Shown piece after piece: positions 27,054 through 38,613 of a stretch of DNA of 64,000 nt. How positions within the stretch are numbered: position 1 is the stretch's first letter; each line of letters opens with the position of its first letter. Made by a program: the position numbers and the translations under genes. This stretch comes from Octopus vulgaris (lineage: Eukaryota), in the NCBI GenBank assembly GCA_951406725.2, contig OX597828.1, positions 57,474,001 to 57,538,000 on the forward strand, read 5' to 3'. The notes beneath the pieces were generated by a model. That model was not told the DNA's origin. It did not search any database and worked only from the letters and a program-made list of their open reading frames with translations.

Positions 27054-30000
27054 CCCATCTCATAAATTTTTTAGTTTTATTTCACGCGTTCCTTTTCGAT
27101 AATTTCTTTAAGGAATCAGATAGAACGTACTTGAAAATATATGCACCAGTTTGGATAAAGATGTGGTTTCCATAGTTCGCCTCGGCAGTCTTCAGCTACG
27201 TCCCTGCTGTATTCTTGGAATATTCTATTCTTTGTAAAATTAAATTCCATTTGATGATTACGTTTTTTTTTGTAATGGAGTAATGTTCTCATTTTCATTT
27301 TCAAAAATGCGTAAGAAACAGCTGTAATGAGCTGACAATTATGCATCGTCTGTTATTATACATTTGATTACGCACTCACACACGCACACACACGCACACA
27401 CACACACACATACACACATATATATATATTGTGTATATGTATTTTTGTTTTTTGTATATGTGTGTATTACCCTGTGGCATGCACACACATATATCATATG
27501 CACACACGTATATACATATATATAGATATATAGATATTTGTGGGAGGGGGGATGAGTATGTGTGCCTATTTTGTATATATCGTCTTACAATTTCATAGAA
27601 ATGTACTCGCCATTACGTTATACTTCAAACGCGTGAGTGTACATTTGTTCGACATGCGTTCTCCTAATTTTGTGACGTTATATATGGTGTATGCATGTGT
27701 ATATCCATGTGTGAGACAAACATATGGATATTTCAGATGCTTATTTATTTAGTTATTTTACATCTTCAAAACATTTATTCACTGTCAAGTTCATAGTGTT
27801 TTACGCATTTCAAGTCCCCTTTATTTCTCTTTTCATTCTTTCTTGATAGCATTGATGTAATAGAGACCAAATCTATTTAACAAATATACAATGATTTTCA
27901 GAGATATCCTGACAACTTGTGAGCTATATCATTTTTAGTAGAAATACTTTCAAGTATGTTACGCACGTTTACGAGCTCTGCTGCTTTGTTCACTTATGAT
28001 TAGAGCATTGTATTATGCATGAATGAATTGCATATCATTTTACTGATGTTTTCTTCTGAAGATGAAGCCCTAACATGGAGAATTATTCATATATGTGATT
28101 TCAGAAAATTGCATTATTCCGGATAGGGAATATTTTACCAAAAAATATTGTGTTTCATACCTGAAGCGAAAATATGCTACTACGTTTAACAAAAAATATA
28201 TAGAATACGGATCGAGAGAATCGTGCATGTTTCACTAACTTATGTTGCATTTAAACACATTATATATTCAGTATTTGAATACGCGTCTACATTTAAATAT
28301 ATTTTAATTACAAAACATCTACTACATATAATCATAGATATTTTAGAAGTCAGCATTCAAATAAACGTATTTATTAGTTAGATTAACAGGTCCGTCTCTC
28401 TTTCATCAATGTATAATATATCATATTTTACGCGCGGCCATCTTTCCACGTTGAAAGTGCGTATTTTTATTGTCCCACAAACGAATTACATGGTTATTAA
28501 TTTATTCGTAACCTTATTGATGATTTACTTTTTGTATATATTCGGTAATACTGGCAGCCAAAATTCAGATTTTTATCTGAATGATTCATTCTTTTAGTCA
28601 TATTTTAAAATACAATCTTTTGAAATTTATCAACGTATTTATCAATCTAGTTATGGTTACAAGGCGTACTCGGTTTCTTTTTCTTATCCACGCAAACACT
28701 ATCAATGGTAAACGAAATATTAATAGACTTCAGTGACAAAAAACATAGAATTTTTGTTTATGCCGGACATGAAACTGCTACATATTCCGTTCGCTGGAAG
28801 CCTGCTACTCGCTCTTCCAGAAGATTTTAAGTTCATCACTGTAACCTATGTCCTTTGCATAAATAGGCGAAGACTTACCTACGCGACTAAGGAATTCAAT
28901 GTGCAGCCTCCTAGATCTGGGATGGGCTGATCCTACTGTAGTTCATCGAGGACAACAATCTACTACCTTAGCCTAAAGTTGAGAGATAGACTTAAAATAG
29001 AACGGACATATATATATGAAAATACATACATGATGGCTGCGAACTCGCTGACGAGTATGACCATCACTGACAAATTGTCTAATCCTAGACGTTAAGGACA
29101 ATGGCTGTTAGTAATAACCAAGTCAATAAAGATTTGTGCGACACCGCTAAGATTCTCACCCAGAAAACCAAGTATTTCAGGAACAAGCAAGTTCAAGATC
29201 TTCTGCTCTGCAATAAAGGGGGTCTAATTTCGGTATTTCCTTCTCCTAGATGTCTCACCAAAGAATAGTGGTCTCTTACTCACAACACTCTGCTATTGAA
29301 TAGCCATTGACTCGACTAAGTTATCCGTCATTTCACAGATTCTGTTTTTCATCCTGCTGGGTGTTAAATTAAACCATCTTCCTTACCATGCTTGTTTGAT
29401 AGCGTTGCCAGTTTTGGTACCGACGGCTGGATCAAGCCAGAAGTTGTACTGGATTACATATTAGCAGTAGCGCTCATGACAGATCATTATGTGATCTGAC
29501 AGACATGCATGCATACATACATGCATACATACATGCATACATACATACATACATACATACATACATACATACATACATACATACATACATACATACATAC
29601 ATACATACATACATACATGTCAGTCTGCGTGTAGCATTCTGTATTTTTCTACTGAAATTTTGCTGAACTGGTATGTGTCAATGAAATATATGTTCTTCAA
29701 TGAACATCATCTGAAGAACCAAGAAGTGTTAATCTTCGTAGGAAATCATTTCCGATATTGTTTTCTATCGATTTCATTACCATTTAGCCATCATAAATGT
29801 AGCAAACCGCAGATTTTGCAGTTGTAATCTTCAGATATTGACTTGTAAAATATATGAAGAAACGTATTACAACCGAATATTGAACCTACACTGCAGGTTT
29901 TACTCGTTAAGTTATAATCGTGTTTTGTCCTATCTCTGCCTGGCATCGAAATCTGCTTGATATTAAAACAGGAAAAGTGTACGAAGCCAAAATAAAACAT

Positions 30001-31123
30001 TTAGGTCATAGAGAGCTGAAATGTTAATTAAATCCATATGATTTTTTGATGTGACAGTTTCTCTTTAACGTTAGAAAGAGCTGCTGTCTCGAGACAGCTT
30101 TTTACATTATTATTATTTGAAGAGTTAGCTGTCTGACTATTGACTGACAAGCAGAGGGCCTGCATAAAAAACTAAGAGTTATTAGTAATGCACATATGCG
30201 TGTCCCTGAATCGAATTGTTATAGCAAGAGCAAATCATTATTGTTAAATTGTACAACACAAACATATTGTTTTATGTAATGCAAAAAAATATGCTGCATT
30301 TATATGCCTAGTAATTTTATATTATTGAATGCGTACCCTTTTATGACTATGTTACTTTTTAAAACAAAGTAATTAGTTTTCACTAAATGAAACGTATGCG
30401 TCATAATATAACATTAATTACTGTGTTGATTTAATTTCTATTGCCTAGGGAAATTTTCAATATTAGTTTCTTTTCTATGGAATATTGGCTTTAGGAGCTC
30501 TATAATTATTTTGTTGGACGAATGAACAATAATACAATTGATATATGGAAACGGTGCTTTTGATTCTTTGAAGAATTTGTTTCATTGCGTTTCTTTCTTT
30601 ACACGTGTTGTCCCTTTCGTTAGCGATATACAAGTGTGTTTTGATGATATTCAGTGGAAATTTCTGAATCGTTCTCCAAGAGGTTATCATGTATCAGAAA
30701 CAATGAAAAACACCGGAAAACTACCAACTATTACATTCGACAACTATGTGTTAAATACAACTCTTCCACAATATTCACGTCACAATTACCATATGCATTA
30801 AAGATAAAACGACAAAAAATAGCGTGCTGAGGACTACCACATAGAAATTTTATACAGGGAATATATATAAGAATGAAAAATGGCGTGACGCGCTCTACAT
30901 TATAACAGGCTTAATACAAACCACACTCGCAAATCAGCGCCGCGAAGCAAAATTAACAAAAGTGAAAGAATTGGAGATATTTGCAACGAGCACGAACTGA
31001 TGCCACAGCAAACTTTAGTACTCATAGAGTGTCACCACATTGGAAAACCATCTCGAAATAGTGTGATACACATTATGAGCACAAGTGCAATTACAGGCTC
31101 GCAGAACAATCTCTGAATAAATG

Positions 31124-31164
<41 letters not shown>

Positions 31165-31172
<8 letters not shown>

Positions 31173-31511
31173 TATAAAATTTCTAAATATCACAGAGAGA
31201 TATGAGCGGTGGATGAACGATAGAGCGGTTGTATCACACCACTGCTATTTAGCCCTAGGAAGCATCGACCCTTCCTATCGGCTTTGACACATCTCCTGTG
31301 TCCTTATGTTTACGAAGGGGAGACAAGTACCCCCAACAGCTAGGCCAGCATCCAGAGACATGCAATGTTTCTGAGTCTTGCTCATCATCAATCCAGAGTA
31401 GCATGGCCTGCTAGCTGAAGATGCTCGTAAAGCATTCGTAAACATATATATTTTCAGTGAAGTTTATTCACTGATCACCAAAATTAGAAATATTAAATTT
31501 CTAAATATCAC
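31165..31511 (-). mobile_element. 318-bp HHR-bearing monomer with ~29-bp direct terminal repeat, between (TA)n tracts
   Basis: attagaaatat.aaatttctaaatatcac at 31165 and 31483; hammerhead at 31342-31409 (-): ctgga-TTGATGA-tgag-caaga-ctca-GAAA-CATTGCATG-TC-tctgg. Confidence 0.7.
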
Positions 31512-31516
31512 GGATG

Positions 31517-31561
<45 letters not shown>

Positions 31562-31566
<5 letters not shown>

Positions 31567-31940
31567 GTTATCGCCATACTAATATGGCATTCTTATAAAA
31601 ATAAGAATAAAGCTGTCCGCTTATTAGCTCCATGAGGCCATCGCCTTAAGTTAGCTATTTGATACACAAACTGTATCCATATAACCTTCGAACAAGGGAG
31701 GTCAGTCGCTCCACACTACTTGACCGGCAGCTACAGACGCGTTTCGGGGTATTGCCCCTTTTCAATGCAGCGTAGCCAGACCAGTAGGTGTCGCTTCTGA
31801 CAATCATGGAGCTAATAAGCGGACAGTTTTATTCTTATTTTTATAAGAATGCCATATTAGTATGGCGATAACTATTATTTTCCGGAAACGCTGCCGTTGT
31901 TCTCTTTTAGAGAGACTTGGTAATTTTAATATTTCTATTA
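31562..31940 (-). mobile_element. Fold-back PLE-type element with decayed hammerhead, between (TA)n tracts
   Basis: 74-bp near-perfect inverted arms 31562-31635 / 31804-31877; 31730-31771 (-) reads gctgca-TTGAAAA-gggg-caata-cccc-GAAA-CGCG-TC-tgtagc. Confidence 0.7.
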
Positions 31941-32695
31941 TATATATATATATATATGTATATATATTATATATATATATATATAAGGAAGACAAAGAAC
32001 ACAGACATTAGAAATAGCTACAACATCTATAACTTCGGGGACCTAAAACAATCTGCCAAGTTGCTCAGCACCAATGTATGCAATGATTAAGTGTAGTTAC
32101 CTAATAACTTATATGAATAGACAGGTCAATAGAGAGACTGCAATGTATCGCGATTGTGCTGCTGCAATTGATACAAGTTATCTAAGGTTGTAGACGTCTG
32201 TTTTATGGTCTTCAGCCAAGTGACGCATATCTACGGAAATCAATTTTTATGCCTCGCCTCGGCGTTCGTCCAACTGACAGTTTGAAAGAAAGCTGCAAGA
32301 TCAGGTCTTACTTGGAGCTACACGATATCAAACCCTGATAAATATTTTATATGACCCATCGACTGACATTTAAATTCAGTAAACAAAACTAAATAGTAAA
32401 TATGCTTTGTGTTATTTACAATCATATTTGTTTAAAATTTATAGATACAAATTTGAAATAGCAGATTTAAGATAGACAGCGTAAAGTTAGTCTACTGTAA
32501 GTAATCAGATTTTCTACCAACACCTGCCGTTCAGCAGCGTCGAAATGTATATAAAACAATATGTAGCTCGTTAATGAACAAATTACGAATATATATTATT
32601 ATCTATAAATACACATATTTACACATGACTGTGCGCGTGTGCATGTGTGTGCCTGTTAGTGTGCGGATATTTATATGTTATGTAAGAAATATATT

Positions 32696-33183
32696 TATTT
32701 CTTTACTACCCACAAAGGGCTAAACACAGACGGGACAAACAAGGACAGACAAACGGATTAAGTAGATTATATCGACCCCAGTGCGTAACTGGTGCTTAAT
32801 TCATCGACCCCGAAAGGATGAAAGGCAAAGTCGACCTCGGCGGAATTTGAACTCAGAACGTAATGGCAGACGAAATACCGCAAAGCATTTCGCCCGGCGT
32901 GCTAACGATTCTGCCAGCTCGCCGCCTTATGTAAGAAATATATTTATATATTTATTTCTTTACTACCCACAAGGGGCTAAAAACAGGGGGGACAAACAAG
33001 GACAGACAAAGGGATTAAGTCGATTACATCGACCCCAGTGCGTAACTGGTGCTTAATTTATCGACCCCGAAAGGATGAAAGGCAGAGTCGACCTCGGCGG
33101 AATTTGAACTCAGAACGTAACGGCAGACGATATACGGCTACGCATTTCGCCCGGCGTGTTAGCGATTCTGCCAGCTCGCCGTC
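32696..33183 (-). mobile_element. Two head-to-tail family A SINEs sharing a triplicated target site
   Basis: Copies ~32696-32926 and ~32950-33183; ttatgtaagaaatatatt at 32678, 32927 and 33184. Confidence 0.9.
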
Positions 33184-34377
33184 TTATGTAAGAAATATAT
33201 TGCAGACAAGAACCCACACCTAATGAATACATTTAATTGATGTAAATTTATGGCGGCTATTTTCATCGTGATTAATTCAACGTATTTCATCGTGAGCTTA
33301 TTCCTTCCATGCAACGCCCATAAATGAATCACTATGCTAAATACACTGTTGGTAAATATATGTACATAGAAAAATCAAAAGTATGTTACGATTAGGAGGA
33401 AATGTTTACGTGAATGTGATATTATTCAACCAATTTGATTGTTAACGCTCAAGGACACTTTTTATCGTGCTACACTAGACATTCAATTATACGTACATTC
33501 TGGTTCAGTTTATATGTTAAATCAAAGTACATAATTGAACGAAGAAGTGCAAAAACATATTTCTCAAAGCATTTGTTTCTTAAATATAATTTATAAGAAA
33601 TGTACTAAAAAAATACGAACATGCGATGAAGAAGTGCAAGTGCCAAACTAACGCTAATATCTCTCTCTATTAAATGTCATTCATTTCACGAATAATTAAG
33701 CGACAAGAGATGGTTTCTCGAAGAAACTCTCTCTTTCGTCTATTTACAGAACACAAAATATATATACTGGATGCGAAACACGTTGCCTACTACGCTGACG
33801 ATATTCACTTCGATCGTACACTTCAAAAGTGTTTCTTTGTAATCCAGGAAGATACATCTTAAGTGAAGATTTATTACGTGGAAACCTGGCAAACTGTGAT
33901 TTCAAACTGAAAAAAAAACGCGAAAGAGAGCAACTTTGTCCAGCTCACTAATATACTCGCATTAACTCCGAAGAAAGTACTGGGAAATGATTATTTTTAA
34001 ATAAACAAATAAGAAACAGTGAAGAAAATAAATTCAATTTTGCAGTAGGTGAAAAAGGAAGAGATATCAGATGTGTTGGGCATGGTCCATTCTTTACAAA
34101 CGTGTAAACTGTTTCCTAATTGCCCTCTTTAATTCTCTTTAAACGACTGTCGAAGGTCGTGTTGACTTTAGTCAATAGGGGACACCATATTTACAAACTG
34201 TCGCGTAGTGTGACTGAACAAGACAATTCTTAACTACACCACAAAGCGACCTACATACATACCGCCCCACAAAATATCAAAGGTATAAATTAATGCTAAT
34301 TTTAAGGAATACGCAAACATGCACACTGTTGACAATTACAAGTGAGCAGGTTTTTCTTATCAAATATTTGGTGGAAT

Positions 34378-34441
<64 letters not shown>

Positions 34442-35355
34442 TCTCTCTCACACACACAAACTGCGAAGAAAGTTACTGTTTCTAGGCCACAATATTTTTA
34501 CGTAGAGTATTTGCATCATTTCAGATATGCAAAAATGCGCAGCATTTGGATGAAGTATTGATGTGATATTATATTATTTTTACCCATAAAACATTCAGCC
34601 GTTCAATTAGAATTTCATTCTTTCAGATATATGGATAAACCTGAGCACCCGCTATTAAAATTCCTGCATATCGATCATAACCTTTATTAAAATAACTGCA
34701 GATTTTCGACACAGAATTTCAAATACAATTCCTACCTAACAATTTTGTGCATAAAACACACATTTTATTTCCATGGGCTTAGCATGTAATCCAAAAGAAT
34801 AGAACTCAACAACAAAAAGATATAATAAAAGTACCCTTGCATAAAACATTAGAAGACTAACGCAGCATGCATTCGTTTTTGTTTCGTTTTTTTTTTTTTT
34901 TTTTTGTCCGGTTTATGATGACATTTGCAAAAATCAAGCTGACAAGCGAATAGAAATTCTGTAGAGTTATATTGTGACAATAAAGGCAGTTTTACAATGT
35001 AAAGAATGTGTTTTATGTCTGTCAATATGGTCCGACGCAATAAAATTGTAATATAATTTACTTCTGTAATGTGGATATTGCAAACAAAAGCAATGCTAGA
35101 GACGTCTTTCGAATTATCTTCGTTATATCGGAGTAGTTTTAGAAGTCTATGACATAATTCGCATTTACTTTTTCAGATTTTGCCATAGTTCCATGTATTG
35201 ATTCACATTTTCATTTTGCAAATCCAATGAAATTGCAGTGACAGAAGCAGATTCATTGAATACTTAATTCTACCAGTTTCAAAATAACTACAATAGTGTA
35301 TTATATTAAAATGGATTTGGTTAGAAGTCTCTTGGGGCAGCTAAAACTTTTGAGT

Positions 35356-35412
<57 letters not shown>

Positions 35413-35437
35413 TAACAATGAAGGGTGAAATTAATTA

Positions 35438-35483
<46 letters not shown>

Positions 35484-35552
35484 ATATATATTGGTAAAAA
35501 TGGTAAGATAACAAAAGAAAAAAATATATATATGTGTGTGTGCGTGTGTGTG

Positions 35553-35740
35553 TGGAGGCGCAATGGCCCAGTGGTTAGGGCAGCGGATTCGCGGTCGTAG
35601 GATCGCGGTTTCGATTCCCAGGCCGGGAGTTGTGAGTGTTTATTGAGCGAAAACACTTGAAGCTCCACAAGGCTCCGGCAGGGGTGGTGGAGAACCCTGC
35701 TGTACTCTTTTGCCACAACTTTCTCTCACTCTTTCTTCTT
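35553..35740 (+). mobile_element. SINE family C, 5' part (tRNA-like head)
   Basis: ggaggcgcaatggcccagtggttagggcagcgg...ggtttcgattccc followed by body sequence shared with 13750-14050. Confidence 0.85.
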
Positions 35741-35862
35741 AAATATGCACACAACGAGATTGATTCCGCATGTAAACTCATTATTTGTATATTCTAACTT
35801 TTCAAATCCACCGCACAGACTATTTCCGGCAACATAGAGGATGCCGGTAAAACCTTGTATAT

Positions 35863-36298
35863 ATTTATCAAAAATCATTTAAACATAATAAATAATATTA
35901 GGGTAATTAAGAATTAAGGAAACTTTTATTACCAATGGCCTAGAGCAAAAAAAATTAGTCAATAGACTATATATTATTCATATAAAATATGGTGTACATT
36001 AAAATACATTAAGAGGCTTCCATCATAGGAAAGCCTTGCGCTAGAAAGAGCAGTAAACAACTCAAACTACTAATTAGGGATAAATTCTCGAAGGGAAAGA
36101 AAATTAAAATCATTTACCATCTAATTTACTTCCTAGACCATGTTTACTGCTCTTTTTAGTGCAAGACTTTCCTATATTTTATATGAATACTATATAGTCT
36201 ATTGACTAATTTTTTGCGCTAGGCCACTGGTAATAAAAATTTCTATAATTTTTATTACCCTAATATTACTTATTATGTTTAAATGACTTTTGATAAAT
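35863..36298. repeat. Fold-back element with ~160-bp diverged inverted arms
   Basis: 35863-36059 versus 36141-36298; shares motifs (acca.tggcctag..aaaaa.tta..tca.tagac, ctagaaa.a.cag) with the 54.9-kb repeat unit. Confidence 0.8.
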
Positions 36299-36699
36299 TT
36301 ACAACCAACCCACGCACACATGGATATCTGCACTTATTGAGTAGTCCCAAGTACAACACGTTATATTTCAATATACAAATAATATGCTTGTTTTTGTTTT
36401 AGAGAACAAATCGAGTTTGAGGATAAACATACAAAACACAAAGAGTATATACAGCTATGGACGAGCTTCAAATTAGCAACTGGGAGACGTGTAGTATACT
36501 TAGTAACCGTTACAAAATATAAAATATAACGTATAACATAAAGTACAATAAGAATATGTGGACGATACTTAAAGAATTAAACTTTGAAAATTTAGGAAGA
36601 ACCCAATCAAACTTAAATCCCTTCCACTTGTGAAAGGAGCACTCCATATGTACCATACACAATTTTTTGCTTTATAGAATGTGAGTAACTGACAATAAT

Positions 36700-37390
36700 C
36701 TCACCAAATTGGTTTTTCAAGTTGCCTCTACATTTTGAAATTACTAATCCTATTTACTTTGCACAATAATCACCATCTGCAGAAGATGCTATTGTACATT
36801 TAACTATAGCCCAAATGATCGAGTAATCTGTGTGCGAATGTTTGAGACTCTAAAATTTAGAGTCTATATTAACGTTGACAGTGACATGTAGTTAACCTTA
36901 TTTTCAATTCTAAAGTTACGTGATTGCGATGTCGGACAGTGAAGTAGTTTCATGTCACACCAATGTAGTTATGTACAGTCGCCTATGTAATGACTGAACC
37001 CTTGTGGACAACGTTATCGATAAAGCACTTGTTTTTCAGGGGACACATGGCCGGTCTTCTACAATTAGACATATTCGTGTTCCCCAGGGTAGCATTGTGC
37101 CTAAGTCCAGGGCTATGGTCTAGACACCTCAACAGGTATATATTACTTGAATCAGTATTACAGCTGATGGTTCCAGTATGCAAAATGTCCCCACTGTAAT
37201 TAGGATTATTACGACAGTCTCTATATGTGTTCTTAGGGAAATTAGAGTTATTATTTGTAGAAGCAATGGCCGCTTCAGTATGACGATTGACATCACTTGC
37301 ATTTCGAAATGCGTTCGTACTATCATCCCGGCCGTTCCCACCATCATTGTAAACGACATGATCGTTGCATTCAACCGATAAATAGTTTCA
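36700..37390 (-). pseudogene. Penelope-like element C-terminal GIY-YIG endonuclease relic with long Asn-rich linker
   Basis: Frame open from ~37385 through an N/D/S/T-rich linker into SNCRRPAMCPLKNKCFIDNVVHKGSVIT*ATVHNYIGVT*NYFTVRHRNHV; ISKCR near 36730. Confidence 0.85.
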
Positions 37391-38582
37391 AGTCACGTTA
37401 GTATTCACATTATAGAAACTTGTATATAGCGAGAAATATTCAGCAAGTTGTATTCATTTGGCAATAAGTATACACTATATATATATATATATATACCATG
37501 TGTATGAAATAATTGAACGCGCTAATGAAATCTGTATAGAAATATATATTTACTCTTGCTGTAATGTAAAGCAATAATAAATTATAATGAAGTTGTCATA
37601 TGCAACAAATTACAATATCTTACTTATGATAATAAAATGAAGAAAACACTTGACAGTTACATTCTACAATGAATGGAATAATTAGATTAAATCAGCGCAG
37701 CTTAAGTTGATCAAGAGAGGTCCTTCAACAAGTTGATGGATTAAATATTACGATATTGTAAAGTATTGTGTATTTTAATTATTTTTTCCTTTACACGCTA
37801 TTTTGTAATAATTGATGCGGTGTTAGTGTAATGGGAATGATATATCTTATTGAAAGTCTAGAATACTTAATGCGACAGCTGTCCTCCATGAGTACATACA
37901 TCAATTGTTAGACGTAATTAAATCTGATACTGTATTTATCAATTTACATTTGATAACTCCGTGTAATATTCTACATTGATTTTTCACACTTGTTTTGTAA
38001 TCTTTCATCAAAACAATGCCAAGCTGGTTAAACATATTCTTCCATTGTAACAATACTTTGTTACATGTTGATGCAATTTTATATGTTAAGGTATGTGTTT
38101 ATAAGTATGTTTTCCATCACAGTCAAACCAATACTATTTTGTAGACAAGCTCCATTTTGTAAACTACTTCCAAAGAAAATTGTGTATCTCGAACATTGAA
38201 TAAAGCGTATTACTAAATATTATCACAAAGGAACAGTTTTCGATCGATCTTAACAAATGTATATTTCTGTTACTGCGGAAAATATTTTGATTAAAGAAAG
38301 CATCTATAAACACAATGATTTCCTTAGCCAGTAAAATACTATTCATAGTATATTAATTTACTTCTTTCAATAATAACTAAGTTTAAGGAGAGATTGTATT
38401 TTGAGTAATAGAGAAATACTTTGATTTTAATGCGGCGAATCGCCAGTCCTCAGAACGTGGAATACAATGTTTCGTAAAATTCGTATCAGCTGTCAAATTT
38501 TCTCATCTCAATGCTCATCGAGATCGACTTGGCAATCCAGTTCTGGGTTAAAAGCTTCGCCTCTCTCACTCACACACACACA

Positions 38583-38613
<31 letters not shown>

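Noticed and set aside
33740-33862. Splice-acceptor-like ctctttcgtctatttacag followed by a peptide containing YADD
   Set aside because: No other RT motif, no convincing donor or partner exons; compatible with chance.
35553-35625. tRNA-like sequences (also ~53815-53887, ~54686-54760, ~58032-58115)
   Set aside because: They are SINE heads continuing into SINE bodies; no clean cloverleaf with a terminator.
36940-36990. In-frame TGA in PLE endonuclease relics as possible selenocysteine (also ~51384)
   Set aside because: The TGAs are not at conserved Cys positions and co-occur with TAG stops and frameshifts; ordinary decay.
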